A program made the translations under genes and the position numbers. A stretch of DNA of 64,000 bases from Thalassobaculaceae bacterium (lineage in GTDB: Bacteria > Pseudomonadota > Alphaproteobacteria > Thalassobaculales > Thalassobaculaceae): positions 2,214,616 through 2,278,615 of the forward strand of contig OZ245843.1 in assembly GCA_965228875.1 (NCBI GenBank). The letters run 5' to 3'. Under the pieces are notes generated by a model. It did not search any database. It saw only the letters and a program-made list of their open reading frames with translations, and was not told the DNA's origin. This document shows positions 38,213 to 48,034 of the stretch, one piece after another (within the stretch, counting starts at the first letter, position 1; the number at the start of each line of letters is the position of its first letter).

Positions 38213-39406
38213 ATGTGGCTTGATCAATATCGCAAGGCCCGGTTCCGCGACGCGGCCTTCCACGTCGAGGCGCATACCTCCGATGTCGGCGGCCGGCGCA
38301 CGCATCTGCACGAGTACCCCGGCCGCGATCTGCCGCTGGCCGAGGATCTCGGGGCCAAGGCGCACACCTACGACGTCAACGCCTACGTCATCGGCGACGA
38401 CTACATGGCCGCCCGCGACGCGCTGATTGCCGCGTGTTCCAAGGCCGGGTCCGGCCAGCTCGTCCATCCCTACCTCGGCACGCGCAGCGTGATGTGCACC
38501 GGGTGCCGAGTGCAGGAGAGCACCGGTGAAGGGCGGATGGCACGCCTCACCCTGTCGTTCGTGCAGGCGGGCGAGGTCTCCTACCCGAGTGCCACCCCCA
38601 ACACCGCCGCCAAGGTCGAGAGCCAGGCGGCCGTTGCCCGCGCCGCCTCGGCCGACACGTTCGAGCGCGCCTTCACCGTCGACGGCCTGCCCCAGTTCGT
38701 TGCCGATGGTGCCGCCGATGTCGCGGGCCAACTTGCCGCCACGCTGGGGGCAGCGCCTGGCCTCAGTGCCCTTGCCTCTCAGGCGGTCAAGGACTTCGCC
38801 GGCACCGCTGCCCAGCTCGTGCGCGATCCACGTGGCCTGGCAAGCGCGGTGCAATCGACCACGCTTGGCGTCCTTCAGTCAGCCGCCGGCACTCTCGCCG
38901 GCACGGTCGACCTTCAGGCCGGGCTGGATCTCGCGACATTCGGCGCGGACCTCCCAAGCGTACCGCTCACCACCGCCTCGCGCCTGCGCCAGGCGGTGAA
39001 CCAGACGGCCTTTGTCGACCTGGTGCGCCGCACCGGCGTCATAGAGACCATGGCCGCCGTCCCGGCCGCCCTGCTCGAGACGCGCGACGAGGCCTTGGAC
39101 ATCGCCGCCTCGATCGCCTCGGCCGTCGATGGGATCGCCGACGCCGCCAGCCGTGCCGGCGACGACGGGGTGTTCGACGCGGTACTCGATCTGCACACGG
39201 CCGTCGCACAGGACCTGTCGGCCCGCGCTCCGGATCTCTCAGGTGTGGCCAGGTTGCCGGTCACGGCCACCGAGCCGGCCCTCGTCACCGCCTATCGGAT
39301 CTATGGCGATGCCGCCCGCGCCGACGAGCTGGCCGCCCGCAACGCCATTCGCCACCCCGGCTTCGTGCCCGGCGGCCAAGACGTGAGGGCGCTGACCGAT
39401 GGCTGA
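38213..39406 (+). CDS. DNA circularization protein (Mu gpN)
   Basis: ARFRDAAF, GRR..HEYP.RD...EDLG, LVHPYLG, YGDAARADEL, IRHPGFVP. Confidence 0.92.
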   Translation: MWLDQYRKARFRDAAFHVEAHTSDVGGRRTHLHEYPGRDLPLAEDLGAKAHTYDVNAYVIGDDYMAARDALIAACSKAGSGQLVHPYLGTRSVMCTGCRVQESTGEGRMARLTLSFVQAGEVSYPSATPNTAAKVESQAAVARAASADTFERAFTVDGLPQFVADGAADVAGQLAATLGAAPGLSALASQAVKDFAGTAAQLVRDPRGLASAVQSTTLGVLQSAAGTLAGTVDLQAGLDLATFGADLPSVPLTTASRLRQAVNQTAFVDLVRRTGVIETMAAVPAALLETRDEALDIAASIASAVDGIADAASRAGDDGVFDAVLDLHTAVAQDLSARAPDLSGVARLPVTATEPALVTAYRIYGDAARADELAARNAIRHPGFVPGGQDVRALTDG

Positions 39407-40454
39407 CGTGCAGCTGCGCCTTGGCGAGGGTATCTATGGCGGCTGGGAGACGGTCACCGTCACTCGCTCGATGCAGGCGATCGCCGCGTCCTTCGACATC
39501 ACCCTTTCCGAGCGCGAGCCGGGGGCGGTCGCGCCGCGCACGTTCCGCCCGGGCCAGCGCTGCACGCTCACCCTCGACGGCCACGCGGTCGTCAGCGGTT
39601 TTATCGACGAGTGCCGGCCGTCGTATTCGGAAGACCGGCATTCAATCCAGGTGTCGGGGCGCGACCGAACCGGCGACATGGTCGACTGCAGCGCGATCAA
39701 CACGCCGGGCGAGTGGCACAACATCTCGCTGGCGGACCTGGTCGAGGCCATCGCCGAGCCCTTTGGTATCGCGGTCATTGTGAAAGTCGATGCCGGTTCG
39801 ACGTTCTCCCGCTTCGCCATCGAGCAGGGCGAGACCGCTTTCGAGGCGATCGACCGGGCGTGCCGAATGCGCGCCGTGGTCGCGACCAGCACGGCCAGCG
39901 GCGACGTCCTGCTCACGCGCTCCGGATCGATCCGCATGCCGCTTGCCCTGGTGAAGGGCAAGAACGTGCTCGCGGCCGGCGGCAGCTTCAGCCACCGCGA
40001 TCGCTACAGCCGCTACATCGTCAAGGGCCAGCAACCCGGGACGGAATTCCTGCCCCCCGAGATGGTCGCGCATCCGAAGACCGAGGCACGCGACCGGGGC
40101 GTCACCCGGTACCGCCCGCTGCTCGTGGTCGCCGAGGACATCAGCTCGGATGCAACCATCCAGGACCGCGCGGACTGGGAGGCCAATGTGCGCTCTGCCC
40201 GGTCCCGCCAGCCGACCTACACGGTCCAGGGGTGGCGCGCCGGCAAGGGCGGCCCACTCTGGTGGCCCAACTCGCTGGTGCACGTGCGCGACGACTGGAT
40301 CGGCCTCGACCGCGACATGCTGATCACGGACGTGCGCTTCGAGAAGTCGGACACCGGCGGCACCACCACCATGCTCGGCCTGATGCTTCCGGGCGCTTTC
40401 GCCCGCCAGCCCGAACCCGACAGCTCCGGTGAGGGAGGTGTCGGATGGATGTGA
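39399..40454 (+). CDS. Baseplate hub (Mu gpP/gp44)
   Basis: YGGWETV, GRDRTGDMVDCS, GETAFE, YTVQGWR, LWWPN. Confidence 0.92.
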   Translation: MADVQLRLGEGIYGGWETVTVTRSMQAIAASFDITLSEREPGAVAPRTFRPGQRCTLTLDGHAVVSGFIDECRPSYSEDRHSIQVSGRDRTGDMVDCSAINTPGEWHNISLADLVEAIAEPFGIAVIVKVDAGSTFSRFAIEQGETAFEAIDRACRMRAVVATSTASGDVLLTRSGSIRMPLALVKGKNVLAAGGSFSHRDRYSRYIVKGQQPGTEFLPPEMVAHPKTEARDRGVTRYRPLLVVAEDISSDATIQDRADWEANVRSARSRQPTYTVQGWRAGKGGPLWWPNSLVHVRDDWIGLDRDMLITDVRFEKSDTGGTTTMLGLMLPGAFARQPEPDSSGEGGVGWM

Positions 40455-40951
40455 ACCGCATCGTCGCCAAGCTCACCGGCCCGCTGCGCCGGCGCATCGC
40501 CAACGCGATCGGCCGCGCCGTCATCCGCCTCGTGGACGACGCCGCCCGCACTCAGCTCCTGCAGCTCACGGCGCTGGCCGACGAGACCCATGACCGGGTG
40601 GAGCGCTATCAGGAATACGGCTTCACCTCCCGGCCGCACCCGGGCGCGCATGCGGTTCTGGTGGCGCTCGGCGGCAACCGTGCCCACTCGATCGTCGTCG
40701 GTGTCGAAGATCCACGCTATCGCCTGCTCGAGCTCGAGACCGGCGAGGTCGCGCTCTACACCGACGAGGACCAGCTCGAGGGCGGCCATGCGCTGATCTT
40801 CCGGCGTGGCCAGAAGGTCGTGCTGCGCGCCGGACAGGAATTCCGCATCACCGTCGGCGATGGTGCCACTCAGCTGATCATGACACCCGAGGGCACGCGC
40901 CTGATCACCCCGGACTTCGCTGCCGGCCGTGACGAAGCGGAGGCGGTCTGA
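40445..40951 (+). CDS. Baseplate spike (Mu gp45/gpV)
   Basis: VERYQEYGFTSRP, GGNR, GEVALY. Confidence 0.9.
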   Translation: MDVNRIVAKLTGPLRRRIANAIGRAVIRLVDDAARTQLLQLTALADETHDRVERYQEYGFTSRPHPGAHAVLVALGGNRAHSIVVGVEDPRYRLLELETGEVALYTDEDQLEGGHALIFRRGQKVVLRAGQEFRITVGDGATQLIMTPEGTRLITPDFAAGRDEAEAV

Positions 40952-41217
40952 TGCCCGGTGTCGCTGTCAACGCTCTCGACGCCGCCGGGGGCGCGCAACA
41001 GACCCAGGCGAACACCTGGTTCCGCGTTGAGGCCGAACCGATCGTCGTGATCGGCGACCTGGTCGCGGCCCATGGCGATCCGCCGCACTCGCCACCGCCG
41101 CCCATGGTGACCGGCGCCGGCTGGTACCGCGTGGGCACCATTGCGGTTTGCCGCGCCGGCGACACCGCCGCGTGCGGTCACGCCACCTCTGGTCGGCCCT
41201 GGTTCAGGGTGGCCTGA
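40951..41217 (+). CDS. PAAR-like spike tip protein
   Basis: DAAGG, HGDPPH, CRAGDTAACGH. Confidence 0.85.
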   Translation: MPGVAVNALDAAGGAQQTQANTWFRVEAEPIVVIGDLVAAHGDPPHSPPPPMVTGAGWYRVGTIAVCRAGDTAACGHATSGRPWFRVA

Positions 41218-41218
41218 C

Positions 41219-41668
41219 ATGGACCTTGCTCTCACCTTCGACGGCGAGATCCTGCAGGGCGACCTGGCCGTCGCCGGCGCCGATCTCGCCACCGACGAGG
41301 GTCTGCGAACCGCCATCGTCGTCAGCCTGTTCACCGACGCCCGGGCGCACGACGACGACGAGCTGCCCGCCGGCGCTGACGATCGGCGTGGCTGGTGGGG
41401 GGACTTCCTGGCCACCACCGAGGGCGACCGGATCGGCTCCCGGCTCTGGCTGCTCTCGCGCGAAAAGCAGGTGCCCGAGGTCTTGGTCCGTGCCGACGAG
41501 TACGTGCGCGAGGCCCTGGCCTGGCTGATCGAAGACCGGATCGCCCGCAAGGTCGACGTGGCCGTGACCGCTCCGGTGCGCGGGCGCCTGGACATCGCCA
41601 TCACCCTCTCCCGTCCCGCCGGCGAGACCGCCTTCTATCGCTTCGACTACGTCTGGGAGCACAGCTGA
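41219..41668 (+). CDS. Baseplate protein (Mu gp46)
   Basis: LRTAIVVSLFTDARA, RGWWGD, GSRLWLL.REK, EALAWL. Confidence 0.93.
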   Translation: MDLALTFDGEILQGDLAVAGADLATDEGLRTAIVVSLFTDARAHDDDELPAGADDRRGWWGDFLATTEGDRIGSRLWLLSREKQVPEVLVRADEYVREALAWLIEDRIARKVDVAVTAPVRGRLDIAITLSRPAGETAFYRFDYVWEHS

Positions 41669-42735
41669 TGCCCTTCACCCGCCCGGACCTGAAGACCATC
41701 AACGACCGCATCGGCACGGACATCGCCGCCCGCATGCCCGGCGTGGATGCCACGCCGCGCCGGTCAGTGGCCGGCGTCATCGCCCGCACCGAGGCCGGCG
41801 CCGTCCATGGCCTCTACGGTCACCAGGTATTCATCTCCGAGCAGGTGATGCCGGACACGGCCGAGACCGAGTTCCTCGATCGCTGGGCGCGGATCTGGGG
41901 GGTCGCGCGCAAGGCACCGCAGAAAGCCCGCGGCGAGGTGATCGCCACAGGCCTCGACGCCACCGCCATCGTCGCCGGCTCGGTTCTTCAGCGAGCCGAT
42001 GGTGCGCGCTACACGGTCACGGCCGAGGCGGCGATCGCCGACGGCACCGCCACCCTCGCCCTTGAGGCCGTCACCCCCGGCGAGACAGGCAACACGCCCT
42101 CCGGCACCCTCAATTTCCTCGAGCCGATCGCCGGCGTCGAGGCGACCGCGACGGTCTCGGCCGACGGGATCGCGCAAGGCTCCGACGAGGAAGGCGACGC
42201 CTCGCTGCGCGCCCGGATCATGCGGCGGATCCAGAAACCACCGCACGGCGGCGCCCACCATGACTATATCGCCTGGGCGCTCGACCGCGACGCCCATGGC
42301 ATCGATGTCACCCGCGCCTGGGTGGCACCCCGGCAGTTCGGCGCCGGGACCGTGGCTGTGCGCTTCGTCATGGACCTGACCTATGCCGACGGTATTCCGA
42401 CACAGGCCGACGTGGACGCCGTCGCCGCCTCGATCGAGGCGGTCAAGCCGGTGGCCGCCACCCTCTACGTGTTCGCGCCGGTGGCCTATCCGCAGACCTT
42501 CAGGATCGCCGGCCTGACGCCCGCGACAGAGGCCGTGCGCGCGGCCATCGAAGCGGAGATCCGCGACCTCATCCTGCGAGAGGCCGAGCCCGGCGGGACG
42601 TTGCTGGTGACCCACATCCGCGAGGCGATCTCGGTGGCTGCCGGGGAGCACGACCACCGCCTGATCTCGCCGATCGACGACGTCGTCGTGCCGGCCGGCG
42701 CCATCACCACCTTCGGCCAGATCGAGTGGAGCTGA
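41668..42735 (+). CDS. Baseplate J-like protein (Mu gp47)
   Basis: PDTAETEFLDRWA, GETGN, GSDEE, PPHGG...DY..WA. Confidence 0.93.
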   Translation: MPFTRPDLKTINDRIGTDIAARMPGVDATPRRSVAGVIARTEAGAVHGLYGHQVFISEQVMPDTAETEFLDRWARIWGVARKAPQKARGEVIATGLDATAIVAGSVLQRADGARYTVTAEAAIADGTATLALEAVTPGETGNTPSGTLNFLEPIAGVEATATVSADGIAQGSDEEGDASLRARIMRRIQKPPHGGAHHDYIAWALDRDAHGIDVTRAWVAPRQFGAGTVAVRFVMDLTYADGIPTQADVDAVAASIEAVKPVAATLYVFAPVAYPQTFRIAGLTPATEAVRAAIEAEIRDLILREAEPGGTLLVTHIREAISVAAGEHDHRLISPIDDVVVPAGAITTFGQIEWS

Positions 42736-42737
42736 CG

Positions 42738-43682
42738 ATGCGCGCGACCGACGAGGACTACCGCAATCAGCTGCTCGCCTTGGCGCCCGTGGGCCACGCC
42801 TGGTCGCGCGATCCCGACGCCCAGTTCCCGCGCCTCATCCACGGCGTGGCGGGCGAGCTGGCCCGGGTGCACAACCGCGCTCTGGATCTGGTCGAGGAAG
42901 CCGACCCACAGACCACCGACGAGATGCTCCAGGATTGGGAGCGGGTGGTGGGTTTCCCCGACCCTTGCGTTCCGCTGCCGAGCGAGACCGAGGCCCGGCG
43001 CACGGCCGTCGTCGGCCGCCTCGCCGCGCGCGGCGGACAGTCGGCCGCCTACTACACCACGCTTTGCGCGGCCTTTGGCTACGACGTGACCATCACCGAC
43101 TACCGCCCGCTCGTGATGGGGGTCGGTGCCTGCGGAGAGATGATCCACAGCGGCGATGGCCAGCGCTTCACCATGGGCGCCAGCGTCATGGGCGAGAGCC
43201 TGGAAGTCTTCGACTGGAACCACGCCTGGCGCCTCGACGGCGAGCCGAGCATCAGCCGGTACTTCGTCATGGGCGAGAGCGCCATGGGCCAGTCACTCGG
43301 CGAGCGCGACAATCCGCAGATCCGGTGCCTGATCGAGCGCCTCAAACCGGAGCACACGCGCGTCGGCTACACCTGGAACGGTCTCGATCCGCGTGAAGAG
43401 TTCCCCGACGTCTCCACATCGGACCCGAGCCCCTACCTCATGGGTGCTTCGTGCACCGGCATGCCGCTCAGCTCGGTGCGTACCGTGGTCCTGTCTCACG
43501 GCGCTGCCCCGCTCATCGTCTATGCCGGCGCCGCCCAGAGCGAGCCTGTCGACCACCCGGATGTGTCGGTGTCCTTCGACGCCGACTTCGTGACCGGCGA
43601 CGGCCAGGCCGGCACGCCGCTCGGCTACCTGCAGACCATCACCTTTACCGAGGGCCAGGCGCCCGCAACGACGTTCGAGTAG
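42738..43682 (+). CDS. Baseplate protein (Mu gp48/YmfQ) with C-terminal extension
   Basis: LAPVGHAW, EADP.TT.EML.DWERVVG, GGQS, KPEHT. Confidence 0.85.
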   Translation: MRATDEDYRNQLLALAPVGHAWSRDPDAQFPRLIHGVAGELARVHNRALDLVEEADPQTTDEMLQDWERVVGFPDPCVPLPSETEARRTAVVGRLAARGGQSAAYYTTLCAAFGYDVTITDYRPLVMGVGACGEMIHSGDGQRFTMGASVMGESLEVFDWNHAWRLDGEPSISRYFVMGESAMGQSLGERDNPQIRCLIERLKPEHTRVGYTWNGLDPREEFPDVSTSDPSPYLMGASCTGMPLSSVRTVVLSHGAAPLIVYAGAAQSEPVDHPDVSVSFDADFVTGDGQAGTPLGYLQTITFTEGQAPATTFE

Positions 43683-43691
43683 GAGGCGTTC

Positions 43692-44759
43692 ATGCACTAC
43701 CCCGATCATCCGACCGCCGACGTTATCACCGACCCGCTGAAGCCGCGCTTTAAGGACATCGACAGCGAGAACGGCATCATCGGCACCGTTCTCCAATCGG
43801 CCTTTCTCAACGACATCCTCTTCAACGTCATGCGGGTGGTCGAAGGAACCGAGGGCATCCCGGTCAAGGGCCGCGCCGACGATCTGCGCGACGCGATCGG
43901 CCGAATGATCGGCGGCGCCTCTCCCTCGCACACCCTGCTGACCAAGGACGTCGCCGGCGGTGCTGCCGAGATCGTTCTGACCCAACCTGAGACAAGCCGG
44001 GTGGTGATCGACCTTACCGGCGCACGCACCGATGACCTGATCGTCACCCTGCACGACGGGATGCCGGCGGCGCGCGTCGTCCGTGACAGCACCACCGGCG
44101 GCCATGCGGTCTCCGTCAAGGTCGCCGGCCAAGACGATGGCGACGCGGTGTCCGTTCCCTCCGGCGGCTGGTCACTGCTGATCACCGACGGCGTCACGGT
44201 GTCGGTCCTGGCGTCGACCAGCGCGGTCGACGGTGGCGCCCTCGAACAGGGACTACACAGCCTACCGATCACGCCGAGCTGGTTCGAACCACGCACCGGC
44301 GGCGCCGAGTTCGCCACCGTGGATCTCGGTGCCAGCGCGCCACAGGTCCAGGCCATCGCCTTCGATGCCGCGACCGAAGAGGCGATCGACGGATATATGG
44401 CGCTGCCGAAGTCGATCGACGAAACCGCCGCCGGCCGGTTGCGGATTTTCTTCGCCGGCAGCTCGGGCGCCGGCGACGTCAAGATGCAGGCACAGCTCGC
44501 GGCGATCGCACCGGGCGAGAGCCTGGCCGTGGCGGATGCCTGGACCGACCTGGCGCCGGTCACGCTGGCCGGCACCGACGTCTCTGTCGTCAGCGCCGAG
44601 GCCGTCGTGCCGATTGCATTGGGCGCCTATGCCGACCCGTCGCTGCTGCTGGTCCGCCTACGCCGCCACGCCTCGGACGGTACCGACACCCTGGCGGCCG
44701 ATGCCCTGCTGATCGGTGTCGATCTGAAGCTCTCCATCGCCGCTGCGACGGACGCCTGA
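43692..44759 (+). CDS. Tail fibre protein
   Basis: N-terminal FKD...GT...AFLND anchor typical after gp48; beta-rich C-terminus. Confidence 0.7.
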   Translation: MHYPDHPTADVITDPLKPRFKDIDSENGIIGTVLQSAFLNDILFNVMRVVEGTEGIPVKGRADDLRDAIGRMIGGASPSHTLLTKDVAGGAAEIVLTQPETSRVVIDLTGARTDDLIVTLHDGMPAARVVRDSTTGGHAVSVKVAGQDDGDAVSVPSGGWSLLITDGVTVSVLASTSAVDGGALEQGLHSLPITPSWFEPRTGGAEFATVDLGASAPQVQAIAFDAATEEAIDGYMALPKSIDETAAGRLRIFFAGSSGAGDVKMQAQLAAIAPGESLAVADAWTDLAPVTLAGTDVSVVSAEAVVPIALGAYADPSLLLVRLRRHASDGTDTLAADALLIGVDLKLSIAAATDA

Positions 44760-44762
44760 GCC

Positions 44763-45548
44763 ATGCTGATCGGAGGGACAGCCGGCGCAGGCCGGCGGCG
44801 CGCAGCCGGGTCCGCCCTTGTTGCGGGCGCGGTGTTCGAACTGGATGCCGGGAACGCTGCGAGCTACCCGGGCACCGGGCAGACCTGGGCCAACATCGTC
44901 GCATCACCGGCCGATGGCTCGGCGGCGACGGCCTACGATTTCTGGCTCGGCGAAGATGGTGGCGACGCCGGCGGGGATCCGACGTTCCGCACGGTCGACG
45001 ACGATGCCGACCCGGTCGCGAACTTCGTGAACAATGCCGAAGGCTTCACGCTCAAGGGAGCCAACCCGCCGTTCATAGAGTCGCTCCACAAGGCCGGCGC
45101 GGCGTTCACCGTGGCCGTCGGCTATCACCCGCGGCACTCGGGAAGCGGGTCGATCCTGATGACAAGCGCCTTGAACACCTACAGCGCCGCCACCGGGTTC
45201 GAGTTCACCAACGCCGCGTTTCGGATCCGCGACGGTGGCGCGTCCCCGGACCTCACCTACACCTACGCCACCGCATCGACGGCTTCGGAATGGAACGTTC
45301 TTGTGGTCTCCGTCGACGAGACGGCCGGCCTCGGCCGACTACTGATGAACGGCAACTTCCACACGTTCTCGGCCAGCTACCCGAGCCCATCAGGAGGCGC
45401 CCCCGACGGCCCCCTGCGCATCGCCGTCGACATGTCCGGCACAGGCCAGCTCGACGGAGACGTTGGCCGCTTCGCCATGTGGAACATCGCTCACGACCAG
45501 ACCGCCATGGAGGCGATCCACGCCGCCTGGGCGGCCCGTTACGCGTAA
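44763..45548 (+). CDS. LamG/concanavalin-like putative receptor-binding protein
   Basis: LDAGNAASYPGTGQTW, WNVLVVSVD, LLMNG, LDGDVGRFAMWN. Confidence 0.65.
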   Translation: MLIGGTAGAGRRRAAGSALVAGAVFELDAGNAASYPGTGQTWANIVASPADGSAATAYDFWLGEDGGDAGGDPTFRTVDDDADPVANFVNNAEGFTLKGANPPFIESLHKAGAAFTVAVGYHPRHSGSGSILMTSALNTYSAATGFEFTNAAFRIRDGGASPDLTYTYATASTASEWNVLVVSVDETAGLGRLLMNGNFHTFSASYPSPSGGAPDGPLRIAVDMSGTGQLDGDVGRFAMWNIAHDQTAMEAIHAAWAARYA

Positions 45549-45560
45549 GGGAGACCAGAG

Positions 45561-46148
45561 ATGCCGCTGTACAACTTGAGCGACGCCGCTACCGGCGCGC
45601 TGATCCGCGCCCGCCAGCCCTTCGACCAGCAGCCGGCCGATCCATCCGGCAAGGGCTGGGTCTGGACCCTGCACACCGACCCGGAAACCGGTGACGGCGA
45701 AATGGCCGAATGGGATCCGCAGACCCGAGCCTTCGCCGCCGTCGCCCGCGACGCCCAGGCGCGAGCCGATCGCGCGGCTGCACTGACCGCAGAAGTCAAG
45801 CGCCAGGCCGAGGTCGTGCGTCTCCAATACCTGACGCCGGGTGCGGGCAAGGCCAACGCCTATCGCCGCAAGGAGGAGGAGGCCCGAGCCTGGGAGGCCG
45901 CGGGCGGAGGCGCGCCGGCCGACCCCGCTCTCTACCCGTTCGCCAACGCCCGCGCCGCCAAGACCGGCGAGGCGATCGCGGCCGTCCTTGCCCTTTTCCT
46001 CGCCCGCGCCAACGCCTGGGCAGCCATCGGCGCCGAGATCGACGCGCTCGAGGACGCCGCCGTCCTGGCGATCGCCGCTGCCGCCGCCGACGACGACTGG
46101 ACCGCGATGGAGGCCGCGGGTCAGGTCACCTGGCCGTCCGCCGAGTAG
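45561..46148 (+). CDS. Putative tail fibre assembly protein
   Basis: YRRKEEEARAW...YPF...VTWP C-terminus; follows fibre genes. Confidence 0.6.
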   Translation: MPLYNLSDAATGALIRARQPFDQQPADPSGKGWVWTLHTDPETGDGEMAEWDPQTRAFAAVARDAQARADRAAALTAEVKRQAEVVRLQYLTPGAGKANAYRRKEEEARAWEAAGGGAPADPALYPFANARAAKTGEAIAAVLALFLARANAWAAIGAEIDALEDAAVLAIAAAAADDDWTAMEAAGQVTWPSAE

Positions 46149-46214
46149 CGATCGAACCGCATCCCCCTAGCGGGGACACCCGCTCCCACGGGAGCACAAC
46201 CGAGGAGGATCGAC

Positions 46215-46637
46215 ATGATCACCACAATCCGAAAGACCCTGGCGGCGGCTCTGGCCGTGGGCCTCGTGTCCTTGGCCACGGCCGCCTGTACCCCGGACGC
46301 CGCCCGCGACCTGATCCAGACGACGAGCCTGGCAACTGCGAAAGCCGTGGCCGGCGAGCTGATCGTCAGCGCCGCAAAGGGCGAGACCAAACCCCGTCAG
46401 ATGGTCATCGGCGGCTTGGCGGAATACTGCGACCGCGTCAGCGCCGAGACCCGTGGCGGGCTCCGGGCCGCCCTCTCTGTCGCCGACCGTCCGGCCGTGC
46501 TGGTGGACTGCGACGTCGTCCACATTCTGTCGGACCGCGCGCCGGGTGCTTCCAGTTCGTCCATCGAGCCGCCGAGCAATCGGCGGGCCCTGGCCCTGCA
46601 GCGCGTCGCGGGGGCAACGCGCGCGGGCCAGGGCTGA
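46215..46637 (+). CDS. Putative phage lipoprotein
   Basis: GAGGAGG RBS; basic-hydrophobic signal ending ATAAC. Confidence 0.6.
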   Translation: MITTIRKTLAAALAVGLVSLATAACTPDAARDLIQTTSLATAKAVAGELIVSAAKGETKPRQMVIGGLAEYCDRVSAETRGGLRAALSVADRPAVLVDCDVVHILSDRAPGASSSSIEPPSNRRALALQRVAGATRAGQG

Positions 46638-46707
46638 TCGTCGTCCGCCACACCACACCCCCGGGAGCGTCTGGGCGCTCCCGGGGCACTACCAGGAGCA
46701 TGAGGCC

Positions 46708-47406
46708 ATGACCGACCGCGAGAAGATCCTTGATCGCATCGCCAAGCTGAAACGCCTGGCCGCCGATGGCGCCGCTACCGAAGGGGAGGTCCAGGCGGCC
46801 CTCGATCGGGTCAGCGCGCTCATGGCCGAATACGGCCTGGACGACGCAGACCTGGCCGCCGCTCAGATGGGGACCGAAGCCGTCGACCTGAATCGCTCCC
46901 GGCGCCAGCTCGTGGACAACCTGATGGGCGCGATCGCCCAGGCATGCGGATGCGTTGCGGTCCTGTCGCGTGGCTCAAAGCTCCGCGTGGAATATTTCGG
47001 TCCCGACCCCATGCCGACAATCGCCGCCCACCTCCACGACGTCTGCTATCGGGCGGTGTCGACGCTGACCAAGGCCTATCGCGGGTCCACCGAGTATCGC
47101 CGGCGGCGCTCCGCGAAGACGCGCTCCGAGGCCGTGCGCGCGTTCCAACAGGGCGCGCTCTTCATGATCCGGCGCAAGCTCCGCGAGATTGGATGGATCC
47201 CCCAGCGGCGCGTCGAGGAGCTGTACCTTTCATACGAGCGACGCCACGGCGGCGACTTGGTCGTGCAGAAGGGTTTGAACGGGCCGGGCAGGCCACGCCG
47301 GTACGCCAATGCGGCGGAAGCCGGTCTCCAGGCTGGCCAGTCGATCGATCTCAATGCGCCGGTCACCGGTAGCCGGGCGTTAGCCATCGGGGGATCTGCA
47401 CGCTAA
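46708..47406 (+). CDS. DUF2786-domain protein
   Basis: KILDRIAKLKRLA...TEGEVQAAL...LMAEYGL. Confidence 0.78.
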   Translation: MTDREKILDRIAKLKRLAADGAATEGEVQAALDRVSALMAEYGLDDADLAAAQMGTEAVDLNRSRRQLVDNLMGAIAQACGCVAVLSRGSKLRVEYFGPDPMPTIAAHLHDVCYRAVSTLTKAYRGSTEYRRRRSAKTRSEAVRAFQQGALFMIRRKLREIGWIPQRRVEELYLSYERRHGGDLVVQKGLNGPGRPRRYANAAEAGLQAGQSIDLNAPVTGSRALAIGGSAR

Positions 47407-47699
47407 TGCCGGTCACCCAACGACATCGGCCGCGCAGAGTAGCGGTCGACCTTGCCCTCGGCCTTGTAGGCTCGCCAGTCGGGCTGCGCACCGACATTGC
47501 GACCGCCACATGCGGAGCAGCGCAGCCGCGCCCGCAGCTCCGGAAACGGGAGGCCTGGCCCGAGGCGGTCGATCAGCGTCCCAATGCTCACCGTCGCGAT
47601 GTGGCCGCAACCGGGCGCGTCGCAGAAGGCGATCACGTCCATGCCTTCGGCCGCGATGGACTTGAGGGTCGGCGGGGCGATCGTCTCGGCGTCTTTCAC
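47403..47699 (-). CDS. Small zinc-ribbon protein
   Basis: CDAPGCGH...LRCSACG; GGAGG RBS with GTG start. Confidence 0.7.
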   Translation of the reverse strand: MKDAETIAPPTLKSIAAEGMDVIAFCDAPGCGHIATVSIGTLIDRLGPGLPFPELRARLRCSACGGRNVGAQPDWRAYKAEGKVDRYSARPMSLGDRH

Positions 47700-47851
47700 C
47701 AGATACCTCCGCTAGGGCGGGGGCCGGGGTGCAGCCACACCCCGAGCCGCGTGGCTACACCACGCACCGACAACCACGGCCGCCTAGGACAACCGGGCAG
47801 CCGGCCCCGCCACCCCAGCTGGGGCGGAAGCAAGGTAGGACGAGTCACAAC

Positions 47852-48034
47852 GTGGAGTCGATCCGATGCGGAAATTGCCGACGCAAGCTCGGCGAGGCCG
47901 CGTTCTCAGGCACGATCTCGATCAAGTGCCCAAGATGCGGCGTTATCAATGCGATCCAGCGGGCAGATCAGAGCCCCTTATCAGAGCGCCCCGGAGTGTC
48001 CAGAACGGAGGCGCCCAATGGCCCAACAGACTGA
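47852..48034 (+). CDS. com: Com-family zinc-finger translational activator
   Basis: IRCGNCRRKL...IKCPRCGVIN; overlaps downstream modification gene as in Mu com-mom. Confidence 0.85.
   Translation: MESIRCGNCRRKLGEAAFSGTISIKCPRCGVINAIQRADQSPLSERPGVSRTEAPNGPTD

Noticed and set aside
33148..43682. Sheath/tube/PAAR cluster as T6SS, tailocin or eCIS
   Set aside because: Embedded in a phage with terminase, portal, capsid and transposase
47406..48017. Long N-terminal extensions of the MTase ORFs (473 aa and 532 aa in the track)
   Set aside because: They overlap other genes; RBS-supported starts are at 48018 and 48902
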